Positions 19,901 through 29,197 of a stretch of DNA of 64,000 bases are shown here, one piece after another. The stretch is from the IMG/VR virus record IMGVR_UViG_3300006920_000039. The stretch is one strand, 5' to 3'. The position numbers and the translations under genes are program-made. Within the stretch, counting starts at the first letter, position 1. Every line of letters begins with the position of its first letter. The notes beneath the pieces were generated by a model. It ran no database searches and was not told where the DNA came from. It saw only the letters and a list, made by a program, of their open reading frames with translations. Source of the stretch: an uncultured virus (IMG/VR IMGVR_UViG_3300006920_000039) (Duplodnaviria > Heunggongvirae > Uroviricota > Caudoviricetes > Schitoviridae).

Positions 19901-22900
19901 GACCTGACGATGTTGACCACAACCCGTGTGGGCAAGTCTCGCAAAGGGGGCAAAACCGAATGGTATGTCACTGACAAGGACTTCGATAAGAAGCGCCACC
20001 CTCTGGGGGACATCAACGATGGCGTCAATTTTCAGCTGAGCCGTGGAAATATGGCGATGCTGTCGACGAACCTGCAGAACCTGTTTGTGTCACCAATGAA
20101 CGCGGCCATTAAACAGATGATGGGCGGGACCCAGTCCACACTTGAAGTCTTCCAGAAGGCTACACAGGCTCAGTCTTTGATCCTGATCACGCGCTTCGAC
20201 AATGCCGTGCAAGAAGTCCTCAAAGAGAAGCGGGAAAAGGGTGAGCTGGGCGGCGCCGACTTCATGAGTGAGAATGATTATCAAGCTGTGTTCGACAAGA
20301 TGGCCAAGTTCGGGGCCGTGATCGCTCCGATCCAGAATGATGAGCACCACCTGAACCTCTCGAACAAAGCAGCATCGAAGTCGCAAGATGAATTCTTCCG
20401 GAGCATGGATAACGAATATTCCGGAAATGCAACGATCCCACGTCCAGCAGAAGCAGGCGTAAAAGTCTCTGCTCTTCTGACGATCTCCCGGGGTGACGCA
20501 AAGATGATGGTGAATTACTTCGCCAAGGAATCTCTGGATCCAACAGCACTGAAAACTCTACCTGTCTTTGACGGTCTGGAGATGCCTGCCGACGGCATCG
20601 ACACACTTTCAGCGTTGATCAACGAAGCCGTCTCTGATGCTTGGCTGGAAAACCCAGCACAGGATATGTCCGACAGCTTCACTGACTTTATGCGCCAGGA
20701 AAAAGACGGGCCATTGAAAGGGCTCGAGAGAAACAGCGAACTCTTGGGGGCACTCGTCAAGCTTCTTGGTGTGGACATCGGGGTCGGGGATCCGATCTCA
20801 GATATTACTGAGGAAATGGCGGGCATAAACGAGCGCATCGCTATCATTGCCCAGTCCATCCAGGCTCGAAAGAACGTCTACAAGCGGATCGGTTACTCGA
20901 TCGATCACATGGCATCTGGTGAGAACCCATTCTCGAAAGAGGGTGAGGTCATTGAAGGTGATCTCGTCGAGGGAATGAACCTGATGTATGACGAGGAGCT
21001 GGCAAAACTTAAGTCCGAAAAAGACATACAAACTTCGGACAGCGCCATTGAAAAACCTCTCCGGAAGTTCCGGGACCGCATTCGTGAAGTCGGCACAGAG
21101 GTCGGCGATGACGGACCTGGTCTGGTCAAAATGGATGTCGAAGGTGTGCGTGTTCTGATGAACAGCGACCTGACCAGCAAAGATAATCTGGTCTTGGTCA
21201 AGGCTGTGGCAGACGCCATGCCGGGATTCACCTTCTTCTTTGGTTCCTCCAAGAAGTTGACGGCTTTTCGGAATAAGAATTTCCCTGAGCGCAAAGGCTC
21301 CGGCGACATTCAGAACGGTCAGATAGACCTGCTGAACGGGGTGATCTACATCTCGAACCAGGCAGGCGAAACTGTCCTGCATGAGATGCTGCACGCTGCT
21401 TTGAGCAAGCAACTGCTGCAGTTCTACGATGATCCTTCACAGATGACTGAGACACAGCGGGCTGCCATTCAGAATCTGGAAAGCCTGATGGCCCAGTTCC
21501 AGACGATGGATTTCGCTGTTGATGGTCTGGAGACCAAAGAAGCAGCAGAGCTGGTGCAGGCTGAGATCACCAAATACCAAGGACAAGGCGGTGTGATTGG
21601 GAACGCTTCAGCGATGAACGAGTTCATTGCTTGGACACTGACGAACCAGAACCTGATCAATGCACTCCGTACGGCGCGGGTCCGTACACCTTTGCAGAAA
21701 CTGGTGGATGCCAGCCTGAAAGGTCTGCGGAAGTTGCTCGGCCTGTCCCCACAACAGTCCTTGGATATCTTCTCGAACATCGCCTTCAATACTGGAGCAT
21801 TGCTGGTATCTAACGACGTATCGTCAGGGGAGACTGCGACACCCCCGGGATTACTCCTCAATCAGGTCTCGGGCAAAACCTCAGACAGTCGCTTAAGAGG
21901 AATGATGTATGCCTTTGATCGCAAGATCGCATCGCACCTGAAAACAAGGGACCCGCTGAAGGTTGATTCGGAAGAACTGAAGATCACTGATCTGGCCAAC
22001 CATGCAGCAAACACCTTCATGAGTGCCGGGTTTGATATGGATGCCGAGCAGCTCTCAGCTTTCCGGAACATTCAGGCTGCCATGGCGTCGACGATGGAGT
22101 TCGACAACAAAGCACTGGTGCGTATCCAGAAGATCTTCGCCCACGTCACCAAGCAGTTGACGGTCGAGAGCTTCATGGACGAGCCCGATCTGAATGGTCA
22201 GCAAGATCGTTATACGGCGCAGCAGAAGTTCAACGTGCTCACTGGTAAATACGGCGTGGAGACAGATCTCGAGGGCCGCTCGAACCTGCTGGCTTCTTTC
22301 CTGGCTCTGAGCCAGGTGGACCCGCAGTTCCGGGAGACTCTTCGGATTCTAGCATTGCCAAAAGACCGGAATGTCTCATTCGATTCAATGGACGAGTTCC
22401 TTGAGTCAGCAGCAGACAGCGTTCTGAATACTTTGGCAACGTCGATCGCCGGAGAGGGACTTGGAAACAAGAGCACCCTGCTTTCTCTGGATCGCCTGAC
22501 GGCAGTTCTTTCTAAGATCGAAGCTGATGATCACACATTGGTGGAGAAGAAGTCACAGGCCCTGCTGAGCCAGGGAGACGCAGCCGGAGCTGGTTTCCTA
22601 TCGACCATTGGTGAGCGCCTTGGGGATTTCGCAGATGCCAAGACCCTGAAGGACCGAGCTGAGGGTCGCAGCAAGAACCGGGAAGTTCTGTGGGGGAGTG
22701 CTAGAATTCTCGCCTCGGCGGTAAATGCCAACAAAGGCAAAGCAATGGCCAATGCGACGGTCAGCCTCTTGAACGAGACCAAGAACATTCCTCGTGTCGT
22801 GTTGGAATTGATCAACGAAACCATCGGACAAACCGACGAGAACAAAGTCGTCTACGAGATGATCAACCGGGTGAAGTACGCGGTTTCAGGAATGCGTCAG

Positions 22901-25228
22901 GATTTCAGGGAGACACTGCCGCGGATTCTCACGGAGCAGTTCAGCCGCAAACTCACGAAGACAGAGTGGAGCCAGCTTCATATGGCTCTGGGTAAAACCG
23001 ACATCGCTGCTTTGGGGGAGACGTACACTGCTGAGCAGATCCGCAAGATTATCAATGATCCAGCTTATATGACCGAGGAGATCGAGAAGGCTGAGACTGA
23101 GGTCAGAAGCCAAGCTCCTAAGGTTGCCGACGATTACATCAGAAAAGCCCAAGAGCTTGCGGAGTTCATGATCAGCGGCAAGATCGCCTCGAACAACAAC
23201 AATCTGCTGCGGAATGCGGAAGCAATCTCGCGTCTGTTGGGAGAGGACAAGAAGGGAATGGTCACGACCAAGGCATCCATTGATGCAATTGATCGCCTGA
23301 CCACTCTGTACGCTGTGGCCAATCTGGAAAATGATACTCTGGTGGCAGTCAATAAGCTGTCAGCGACCGAAGCTGCCGGCATGGATTTCGTGACATATTA
23401 TCTGGCTGACCTTCGCCGGAACGAAGTCAAGAAGCAGTCGACGGATGCCGCAAGGCTGAACGGCTACAAAGGATACATCCCAAGCGAGAGCCGTGAAGGT
23501 GCCACGATGATGGTTGCCGATGACACTGAGTTCAATCGTCTAAAGTCTCTGGGATATACCCGTCTCGGCGATTACCAGGGATCGGGCTTTGAAGCAGGCA
23601 AGAAGGGCTATTACTTCTCCACCGTAGCGGGCAACAATCAGTACATGCAGGGAGCTCTCCAGACTGTGCAGATCTCGGCCATGGGTGTTGATCCAAGGAC
23701 CGGCCGCACTGTGACGGGTAAAACTGCAGGTCGTTTGGCAAATTCGGAAGTCGGGAATGTAAAACGGCGCCTGAAAGCAGGCCAGGGAGCTCGCAGGAGC
23801 TTCGGTGAGGCATTGATGCCAATCTATGACTCAACGGGCGAGGTCGTAGGCTACGAGCGTTCCATGGACCCAGATAAGATTGCCAGCCTTGATCCAAACA
23901 CCAGAGCCGATGAGATGATCGGTGCCTGGGCAGGACGTCAGGCTGAGGAAGAGCTTGCGCAAGAGTTCAACTTCATGCTGATCGACCGGGTCAAGGAGGT
24001 CTACGACCGTGACAGACGTCAGGGCCGCAAAGACGAATTCGTAAACCTGGCTGACCAGCAGAACTCAGACCCCGTTATCCGGGATGCCTGGAAGCTGGTT
24101 CCAATCGAAAGTCGTGAGTACATCGAGGATATTTTTGGCGAGGGTAATTTCCCTGTGCGCCGTGACATGCTGAACAATACAATCGGCTATCGTGAAGCCT
24201 CTATTGGGGATGCCTGGGTTGGGTTGTCTCGTCTGGATCCAAAGTCTCAGAAGCTGTTGACCGATACCATGACAGCTATCCTAGGACAGAACGCTTACAA
24301 GTACCTGAAAACAGCAGAGACCGCATGGCAAGCCGGTGTCTCGGTGGCAAAGAACACCATCGTGATCCGATCGGTGATTGTGCCTATCTCGAACATGGGC
24401 TCGAACTTCATGCAGCTCTTGGTGAATGGGGTTTCTCCTCGGGACATCCACAAGGGGATGACCACAAAGCTGGTGGAGATTGACCAGCATCTGAAGAACC
24501 TTAGCCGGGGTGTTGAGATCAAAGCCAACCTGGCTCGCTTCAGGGGCAACGACACCGAGACGCGGAAGCTGAAGACAGAGCTAAAATCACTGGAGGATTC
24601 CAGCAGGCGTATGTCTATCTGGCCTCTCATTGAAGCTGGTGAGTTCTCGACTATCTCCGAGGGCCTGACGGAAGCTGACGCTGCCATTGGCCAAGGTAAA
24701 TGGGTCGAGTGGATCCAAGAGAAAGCAGACAAGCTGCCGTCTAAATTGGGCACTGCCGGCCGCTATGCTGTCATCTCCCGGGACACAGCCTTGTTCAAGG
24801 GAATGGCTCGTGCAGTCCAGTATGGTGACTTCCTGGGCAAAGCAGTTTTGTACGATCATGTTAAGAAAAATGGAAAAGCCTCACATGAACAGGCGCTGGA
24901 GAAGATCACTGAGGAATTTGTGAACTACAACCTGCTGCCGGGTCGGACCCGCTCATATGCTGAGAGCATGGGCCTGACGTGGTTCTGGGCGTATAAGATC
25001 AGATCGATCAAGATTGCCCATCGTCATATTGTGAACAACCCATTGAGGGCTCTTCTGACGACATTGGGCGCTCCGATGTTGCCCGACATGCCAGGCATGT
25101 CTATGGGCTCTCCGATCACGGATAACGCATTGTCTGTGATAGCTGATGACCGTCTTGGGTATTCCGTCGGTCCTGGAATGTTGTTCAATGCGCCAGGTTT
25201 GAACCCTTGGGTCAACCTGACGAACTGA
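13943..25228 (+). CDS. Virion-encapsidated RNA polymerase (N4 gp50-like), 3761 aa
   Basis: T7-like motifs FNPQSDKTMRE, LEADGKTDGPINA (A), RGILKNPLTVTVYGSG (B), TLPVFDG (C); size and position. Confidence 0.97.
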   Translation: MVSPYFSANPVRNSMAEVPGVNPINSAFDKILGEAGIAPAPNITPVAPNQPGDLASETLRRLGAKPSDKQNKVNEVSRAKQIVLGGPDAQRDIAAAERGGNTLSEDPVVRDLQDMDFGSLVQKYGEDVARNRYKLIEEKQRFNSSLDAGRTAEQRIGDTLLDVGSGAAAAVGGVAGLAVGAVNENAGTAISQGASSLSQSLKGFQSSELSERRESFGRLQNQDSVDSNKIYDAIDEPTMTDVLGKFGRDVGNTFANMAQDPAMAGSLVGESAGSFAVPLALGKLGSRVAPTLSQGAVTTGAIGLTESGGVYSQAVNEVMGMSEDELSVASEAYKEMRRQGDTHEEAQRGVANDAGLLGAAVQLPLAIVAGKAVSRFQANPLKTTSLTRSLQDIGKETLEEGFQSGTGELTTDLGVKTQADKFRQVGDTVGEAVAMGAVGGAGMAATLQAPGLLRDGVVAGAKGTVRAAGRAIDGRVQSIAAAQDAASPVGSVARTEAVETAKTSLAAVVQSEPIVAESVETVEAETAQKSPMQRAKEALVMTGPEVNETPDAVKRLIAGEGEVIPDDLQVDRLDVLSGLLTEIESGNQSAQDTEAASLWLYEQAKAFEALRNEDMSSLPAEIQEMAAASQAAVDTILANPTLQKAVEQAQSASFEPGSLPEITDRNINSPEVKDALARTIQIAQSNPAGIDPKFVDSILDQRSKGKIQFSDKVMKRLEAAAAIAKEANAASEKKEAMVAETTAVIQAQPTGAGKQARKTVDIVRREILTEGKDDEAGQIGLSRHLSGIVTSLNNGDQLMAQLALDNLRNFGEHMQNKVKAARESFALGKSKNNTVPYRTWTGVAWIEANKDNAGKIGINANSPNSIQLGKEAAIDAETVSNLYNNLITIYGSELTGQALPPLREATPAPAVQENTENVADPVEVTPVETTEVVDQIEPETIVNEAEPDALELADNETRTQADFDAMTDDQLLTSVNGWEADVESLPMIPQRVQQVRDVVNPILERFNLAPSLIRRIAWLESPEKDHLGQAYWTERVLSLKPSVLKKMIAGVDKDGIHVAYHELMHMIDAAASKTFGRTASMEQNELMVGGKIHAEVLGLVESDPEMAEYFEYALGQEDPAILASELFAEIGALMLLIDADVAKTLMPKGVAYVEETIGQAGGKIPAVEEADAGTSAPVIEDTQGLPGETEEAATQEVVQTQEQQNVAVSVEVGAESEQEVVSQEITGEQIAEESVTESVSQSTPDQDEAGTEPASDSVIAEPGRSLSFDNLAKTAKGVVRFVRAYTVDTKKSLLMQSDNPARGVLELLGSYETYRDQLALNYRMDQDQIKAWNTLIERQVGGLVNRMNASLKTKKKALSSGKLTPLEALAQDKDYTGFRETRALNLVDPEAEVYDPRLIQAAALAALHWTMNTSGSRNNSAEEVAKIFGVEEDAVTPGMMHAANSGLGANTAAESLARTIREFWGVTTNKDAPMSDTLGISQAIAAELLSVMDGHLVTKSTFELEIAETGVTADAIFIQLTNETSAEVIEQLKGTRMFLQDAFLPEAERAFYFDQTPDAVRKSQKNNPLGKLGAKMTKALRRHQDIAFMRNTPYLNMMQAIGRETFGELMGKRVIEETRMNKVDVVSIQGKNNSVDYSWNGVESHNAQLEGYADREGKNPDEVETHFDWYVVSNERIHADGFNPQSDKTMREAFVATVSTLDMTTEKGRELFWLTVAQSSDLVKTEKEARADGIDIVQEKIFEKFGDSITVMEEFLEAGGELSQAQKDVLLGELGGEGTPKILHAILSVAQYNLAVAEGGEALTSFKHNLSLEADGKTDGPINAMIHFLTGKFDASQLLNMAKGGFYPNEQGKTLNEYIKGDSVDLYETAAVLFQNELAKVQKSVMGTKAQGHMTAVNNIMNYLIKDASFNEKGELVIGRGILKNPLTVTVYGSGVKGIANKVTSAVTEVLYQKMTELEQMRVDLADPSLQLSDVPSLQNYPTLAKDLTMLTTTRVGKSRKGGKTEWYVTDKDFDKKRHPLGDINDGVNFQLSRGNMAMLSTNLQNLFVSPMNAAIKQMMGGTQSTLEVFQKATQAQSLILITRFDNAVQEVLKEKREKGELGGADFMSENDYQAVFDKMAKFGAVIAPIQNDEHHLNLSNKAASKSQDEFFRSMDNEYSGNATIPRPAEAGVKVSALLTISRGDAKMMVNYFAKESLDPTALKTLPVFDGLEMPADGIDTLSALINEAVSDAWLENPAQDMSDSFTDFMRQEKDGPLKGLERNSELLGALVKLLGVDIGVGDPISDITEEMAGINERIAIIAQSIQARKNVYKRIGYSIDHMASGENPFSKEGEVIEGDLVEGMNLMYDEELAKLKSEKDIQTSDSAIEKPLRKFRDRIREVGTEVGDDGPGLVKMDVEGVRVLMNSDLTSKDNLVLVKAVADAMPGFTFFFGSSKKLTAFRNKNFPERKGSGDIQNGQIDLLNGVIYISNQAGETVLHEMLHAALSKQLLQFYDDPSQMTETQRAAIQNLESLMAQFQTMDFAVDGLETKEAAELVQAEITKYQGQGGVIGNASAMNEFIAWTLTNQNLINALRTARVRTPLQKLVDASLKGLRKLLGLSPQQSLDIFSNIAFNTGALLVSNDVSSGETATPPGLLLNQVSGKTSDSRLRGMMYAFDRKIASHLKTRDPLKVDSEELKITDLANHAANTFMSAGFDMDAEQLSAFRNIQAAMASTMEFDNKALVRIQKIFAHVTKQLTVESFMDEPDLNGQQDRYTAQQKFNVLTGKYGVETDLEGRSNLLASFLALSQVDPQFRETLRILALPKDRNVSFDSMDEFLESAADSVLNTLATSIAGEGLGNKSTLLSLDRLTAVLSKIEADDHTLVEKKSQALLSQGDAAGAGFLSTIGERLGDFADAKTLKDRAEGRSKNREVLWGSARILASAVNANKGKAMANATVSLLNETKNIPRVVLELINETIGQTDENKVVYEMINRVKYAVSGMRQDFRETLPRILTEQFSRKLTKTEWSQLHMALGKTDIAALGETYTAEQIRKIINDPAYMTEEIEKAETEVRSQAPKVADDYIRKAQELAEFMISGKIASNNNNLLRNAEAISRLLGEDKKGMVTTKASIDAIDRLTTLYAVANLENDTLVAVNKLSATEAAGMDFVTYYLADLRRNEVKKQSTDAARLNGYKGYIPSESREGATMMVADDTEFNRLKSLGYTRLGDYQGSGFEAGKKGYYFSTVAGNNQYMQGALQTVQISAMGVDPRTGRTVTGKTAGRLANSEVGNVKRRLKAGQGARRSFGEALMPIYDSTGEVVGYERSMDPDKIASLDPNTRADEMIGAWAGRQAEEELAQEFNFMLIDRVKEVYDRDRRQGRKDEFVNLADQQNSDPVIRDAWKLVPIESREYIEDIFGEGNFPVRRDMLNNTIGYREASIGDAWVGLSRLDPKSQKLLTDTMTAILGQNAYKYLKTAETAWQAGVSVAKNTIVIRSVIVPISNMGSNFMQLLVNGVSPRDIHKGMTTKLVEIDQHLKNLSRGVEIKANLARFRGNDTETRKLKTELKSLEDSSRRMSIWPLIEAGEFSTISEGLTEADAAIGQGKWVEWIQEKADKLPSKLGTAGRYAVISRDTALFKGMARAVQYGDFLGKAVLYDHVKKNGKASHEQALEKITEEFVNYNLLPGRTRSYAESMGLTWFWAYKIRSIKIAHRHIVNNPLRALLTTLGAPMLPDMPGMSMGSPITDNALSVIADDRLGYSVGPGMLFNAPGLNPWVNLTN

Positions 25229-25229
25229 G

Positions 25230-25493
25230 TTAGAGGTAGAGAGATGGAATTTCTTTGCCGTTTCCTGTGTAGACCCAGGTGTCGGTAACATTATCCGGAT
25301 TGTTCCATCTAATGTGGGCTCGCATCTCGTTGTGAGCATCAAGCGTATTGCGGAACGTGCCCAACTCTCTAATTTCGTGGCGCCAGGGATTATACGTCGA
25401 CGGGCGCCATATTGAGAATGGCTCACAGGTGGCAATTTTCAGTAGAACCTTATCAGACATGGTTTGCTCAATGATGTACCGAAGGATTGTCAT
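25230..25493 (-). CDS. Hypothetical protein
   Basis: 87-aa ORF, ATGA-coupled to the upstream ORF, convergent with vRNAP. Confidence 0.5.
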   Translation of the reverse strand: MTILRYIIEQTMSDKVLLKIATCEPFSIWRPSTYNPWRHEIRELGTFRNTLDAHNEMRAHIRWNNPDNVTDTWVYTGNGKEIPSLYL

Positions 25494-25861
25494 GATTTTT
25501 TCTCTGTGATGCCCAGATCGAGGAACTCTGCTTCGAGCTGTGTCGTGGTGACGAAAATCACATCCATGAGATCCTGAGGGGATTTGCCCTTGAGGAAGTC
25601 ATTGATGCTTCTGTTGTTGGTTGGCGTCAGCTTAGGACCCGACGGCACAGGAATTGGCTCAGGAGTGACCTTTGGCTCTGGGGTGGAACCAGCAGGCGTG
25701 AATGCTTGCACAAGCTCCTCAGTGGCCTGGAGCATGGGAGCCAGTAGCTCGAGGACCTCAGGCAGCGTTGCCTTGTTGGACTTGGCGCTCTTGAAGATCG
25801 ACAGGAGGATCTGGTTGATCTTATGGATGCGGCTGAGATTGGTTGGGTTATCAATCGGCAT
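25490..25861 (-). CDS. Hypothetical protein
   Basis: 123-aa ORF with AGGA RBS and Pro-rich linker. Confidence 0.65.
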   Translation of the reverse strand: MPIDNPTNLSRIHKINQILLSIFKSAKSNKATLPEVLELLAPMLQATEELVQAFTPAGSTPEPKVTPEPIPVPSGPKLTPTNNRSINDFLKGKSPQDLMDVIFVTTTQLEAEFLDLGITEKKS

Positions 25862-26133
25862 TGGTTTGTCCTACTTTGACTTATCCTGAGAAGGTGCACT
25901 CAGGGTGCACAAGATACGGCAGTGCCGTACACGCTGGAGCGCAAATTCTGGGTTTATACGCTATGTCGTAAATTTTGGATTTTTGCGACGTATGGTAACA
26001 CATATGTTCTAATAACCCGGTTTACAGAACACACGTATTGCTCACCCGGGTTGTGTGTATTCCTCAAACAGTAAACCGATCTGTCCGAGGAAACCTAACA
26101 ACTCCGTTCTTCACGTATTTCATATGCGTGAAG

Positions 26134-26230
26134 TTTCAATCGGTCGGGCCCTCACTTTCAATCGGTCGGATATGGCCGGATATGACCAGTTAATTGAACC
26201 AACCGGCCGTATATGACCAGTTAGTTGAAC
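26134..26230. repeat. Two pairs of direct repeats in a non-coding region
   Basis: TTTCAATCGGTCGG at 26134-26147 and 26156-26169; a 26-mer matching at 24/26 positions at 26174-26199 and 26205-26230. Confidence 0.85.
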
Positions 26231-26339
26231 TGTATTACACCACTATGGTGTTTGATCGCGATCGTGGTCATTGCCCGAAAATGCGTCAGGATTTCTGGCA
26301 AAGCGTGGGAACGCGATCATTTTACCGCTTTCTAAAAGT

Positions 26340-26369
26340 GGGCCCATCAGGTTTGATCCTGATGGGCCC
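26340..26369. repeat. Perfect 12-bp inverted repeat
   Basis: GGGCCCATCAGG-TTTGAT-CCTGATGGGCCC. Confidence 0.85.
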
Positions 26370-26497
26370 TAGTTACATGCGAGACCTGGGAGGGTAGCCA
26401 TCAGCACGATAACCGAGGGGGGGAGGAAACCTCGGCTATTCCGGTATTATGTAGGATTTGTAGGAGGCCCCGGGTGTGGGTGCAGGGCCCCCTACTT

Positions 26498-26659
26498 TCA
26501 CTGCTTGTCGTCCTTGACGATCTGAAGGAGGAACCAGATCAGAAAGACGATTGCAGCAACTGTTAGAACGGTGCTCAAAACCACGAAGAGTAGAGGAGCA
26601 CCGAAGAATCCCATTGCCAGGATCACGGCGAACGCTACGGCTTTGAACCAGTCGCTCAT
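26498..26659 (-). CDS. Small membrane protein (53 aa, below the ORF-track cutoff)
   Basis: MSDWFKAVAFAVILAMGFFGAPLLFVVLSTVLTVAAIVFLIWFLLQIVKDDKQ; ATGA overlap with the upstream gene. Confidence 0.7.
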   Translation of the reverse strand: MSDWFKAVAFAVILAMGFFGAPLLFVVLSTVLTVAAIVFLIWFLLQIVKDDKQ

Positions 26660-27096
26660 TTTGAGAAGTTGAAGATGGACACAGGAGCTGCAGCAGCGGG
26701 TGCTGCTTCTACTGGTTCAGCGGCAGCCTCTTCGACAATCTCAGCCTCTTGGATTTCATTGGCTTCGGTAAACGGGTTGGCCACAGATTCAACAGGAGCA
26801 GCGACTTCCTCTTGAGGCGTTTCGACGACCAATTCAGGTTTCTTTGTCTTGACTGCCTTGCGAGGTTTCGGCGGGGCTTTTGCTGCTTTTGGTTCACCGT
26901 GAGCAGCAATGAGGATGATCTCGTCCTCAACTTCGTCTGAGATCGTCTTGTCAGAGGAGATGCTCAGGACAGCTGATAAGGGGGAGGTATGGTCAAAACC
27001 GACAGTGATGTTCATCCCCGGGTTGATGTTGATCTGGCTCGACACATAGGCCTTGATGGCTTCTGTGATCTCGACTTGGTTCATGGTGATTTGCAT
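26656..27096 (-). CDS. Hypothetical protein, N4-like middle region
   Basis: MQITMNQVEITEAIKAYV N-terminus and acidic Ala/Pro tail. Confidence 0.7.
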   Translation of the reverse strand: MQITMNQVEITEAIKAYVSSQININPGMNITVGFDHTSPLSAVLSISSDKTISDEVEDEIILIAAHGEPKAAKAPPKPRKAVKTKKPELVVETPQEEVAAPVESVANPFTEANEIQEAEIVEEAAAEPVEAAPAAAAPVSIFNFSK

Positions 27097-27099
27097 GGG

Positions 27100-27579
27100 T
27101 TATGCTTTCAATCTGTTGAGGGTCTCAAGACCGTAAAGAGCGATGAGAGAAGCTTCGGCTCGACCGTCATCTTTGACTCGGCCGTAGCTCTCTGAGTTCG
27201 CAGGAAATCTGCGGGAAGCGAGACCTCTGCTGACCCCTTTGTCCTTTGAAAGCTTGAAATGCTTTTTCCAGAGTTGGGGCGTGACGTAGTGGACTTCGTA
27301 GCCATGGCCAGCGAGGGCCATTTGAACTGTGCCGTAGTGCTGACCGAACCGGAACATGGAGGCTACCCCTTGTCCTGGACGGGCAGCGACGAACTCCAGC
27401 ATGGCAATTGAGCGCCCTTCCCAAGTTGGGGCGAGGAGCCTGGCAAGACCATGTAGATCGGTTTCATTTCGACCCTTCGGGTTAGGGGCAGTTGGCATAT
27501 CATGGACAGCCAGCTTCCCGGTAACCGGGTCCAGCAAGGCGATTGCCCCACTGAACCCTGGATCGATACCTACGAGCAT
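27100..27579 (-). CDS. RuvC-like Holliday junction resolvase
   Basis: GIDPGFSGAIA, LEFV, PQLWKK, DGRAEASLIA acidic motifs. Confidence 0.85.
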   Translation of the reverse strand: MLVGIDPGFSGAIALLDPVTGKLAVHDMPTAPNPKGRNETDLHGLARLLAPTWEGRSIAMLEFVAARPGQGVASMFRFGQHYGTVQMALAGHGYEVHYVTPQLWKKHFKLSKDKGVSRGLASRRFPANSESYGRVKDDGRAEASLIALYGLETLNRLKA

Positions 27580-27586
27580 CTGTTGC

Positions 27587-28321
27587 TTAGACCGCGAACA
27601 GAGACTTAGCAGGAGCCGGTGCGGCACCTGGTGCAGCTGCTGGACGCCCTGGAGCGCCAGTGTTGCCTTCAGCACCCTTGGCACGCATACGAGTTTTGCC
27701 TTCGTTCTTGGCTACCCACTTTTGGTAGAAGGCAGCTTCCTCGATGCCAGCTTTGACTTCGGAGACAGTCCGCAAGCTCGGATCGTGATAGAACTTGTCG
27801 ATCGTGTTCTCGTCACGAGTTTCACCGGTTGGTGCGTAGGAGCCATCAGGCTGCTTTGCAGTCTTGTCCACGTTCTGTTTGACGAGACCAACAGTGACCT
27901 GCTTGCCGATGAGATCGATCAAGACAGGGACATTCTGCGGAAGATCCTTTCTTGCTTCGAAGTCATAGAGCGAAACGATCTTCTCTTCGATGTTGGTAGA
28001 AGAGAGAGGTTGGCCAGTGATCAACAAGCACAGGTCATCTGCAGTTGTGAAGCCAGGGAGAGGCTGACGTTTGGTTGCGTCATTCTTGTCCTGGTAGAAG
28101 TTCTGGCCATTTTTGTTCATGACCCAGAGGGATTCACGGACTTCCATGCCACCGATATCCAAGTGCACAACGACAGACTGCGCGTTGGAGCTGTTGGATT
28201 TACCAGCATAGGCCAGTTTGACCGTTGCAGGGTATCCGCCTGTTTCCAGGACACCACCACCACCGAGACGGTCTACTGCATCTTCGAGACCGTCAGAGGT
28301 CACATTTGCAAACATATTCAT
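27587..28321 (-). CDS. Single-stranded DNA-binding protein (N4 gp45-like)
   Basis: DRLGGGG, LPGFTTADDLCL, TGETRDENTIDKF, C-terminal KSLF. Confidence 0.85.
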   Translation of the reverse strand: MNMFANVTSDGLEDAVDRLGGGGVLETGGYPATVKLAYAGKSNSSNAQSVVVHLDIGGMEVRESLWVMNKNGQNFYQDKNDATKRQPLPGFTTADDLCLLITGQPLSSTNIEEKIVSLYDFEARKDLPQNVPVLIDLIGKQVTVGLVKQNVDKTAKQPDGSYAPTGETRDENTIDKFYHDPSLRTVSEVKAGIEEAAFYQKWVAKNEGKTRMRAKGAEGNTGAPGRPAAAPGAAPAPAKSLFAV

Positions 28322-28349
28322 GTTTATTCCTTCACTTTTTGAGGACGCT

Positions 28350-29078
28350 TTAAGCGTAATATTCGTTGAGGCGCTTCAGGAGCAGTCCTGCATCGTTGTT
28401 CATGAATGTCTCAGCCGTCGTGAACATACCCATGGGAGAGCGAAGTCGTTCTCCAATCGTGGCCTTGGTCAGTCCGGTCTGAAAGACGTGCTTGAATCCA
28501 AGCAGATGATCTTGCTCTGTCAGGGTGAGCAGACCAGAAGAGTAGCCTTCGAGGTCCTTGAGTGAGACCTTCTTTGTTGCAACAACAGTTGAGAAGTACG
28601 CTTCAATGCCGTTGTTTTTCAGTGCGCCTTTGACAGGCACAGCTGTTTTCATCTCCATTGCTTTTTCATCAAGCTCGGAGCGTGTGTGGCCAAGGATAAT
28701 CACCGACTTGTCAGAGGCGGCGACTTTCTCCTGCATCAGGACTTTGAAGAACTGACCGTACTGGCCCCATGCCTGCATTCCATTGGTGGAGGGCAGCACA
28801 TACTGAGTCTCGAACATGTCCATGAGGAACGTCAGAGTGTCGACCACGATGATATCGAAATCGGGGCTGTTGAGAGCATGATCAAATGCTTCATGGACCT
28901 GGTATGGGTCCGTGATGACGAATGTCTTGAACTTGTTTTTGAACGGCAGTTTCTTGCCGGACTCGCAGTTCAGGTACATCACCCGTTCGTGGTTAGGGAG
29001 GTCGATCAAGCTGGCTGACTTGCCAGTACCGGATTCCCCCGCAATCAAGACGAGTTGATCATTAAAATTTTGAGACAT
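28350..29078 (-). CDS. AAA ATPase (N4 gp44, Sak4-like)
   Basis: Walker A GESGTGKS, YLNCESGKKLPF, VPVKGALKNNGIEAYFS. Confidence 0.85.
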   Translation of the reverse strand: MSQNFNDQLVLIAGESGTGKSASLIDLPNHERVMYLNCESGKKLPFKNKFKTFVITDPYQVHEAFDHALNSPDFDIIVVDTLTFLMDMFETQYVLPSTNGMQAWGQYGQFFKVLMQEKVAASDKSVIILGHTRSELDEKAMEMKTAVPVKGALKNNGIEAYFSTVVATKKVSLKDLEGYSSGLLTLTEQDHLLGFKHVFQTGLTKATIGERLRSPMGMFTTAETFMNNDAGLLLKRLNEYYA

Positions 29079-29197
29079 AGTGCGTCCTTTCGATCTGGCG
29101 GATTGAACCAACCAGAAAAAACAATCAATTGGATATTTGGGAAATATCCGTGGATTATATCGCGGGGATTAAGGTGTCACATATCCTAGATAATATA

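Noticed and set aside
26134..26230. Mini CRISPR array
   Set aside because: Only two copies of each repeat with 5-8 bp between them; no cas genes
26194..26397. 67-aa plus-strand ORF
   Set aside because: TTG start, no RBS, lies against the local gene direction and over repeats and hairpins
27356..28342. 328-aa plus-strand ORF
   Set aside because: Antisense to the well-supported SSB and resolvase genes
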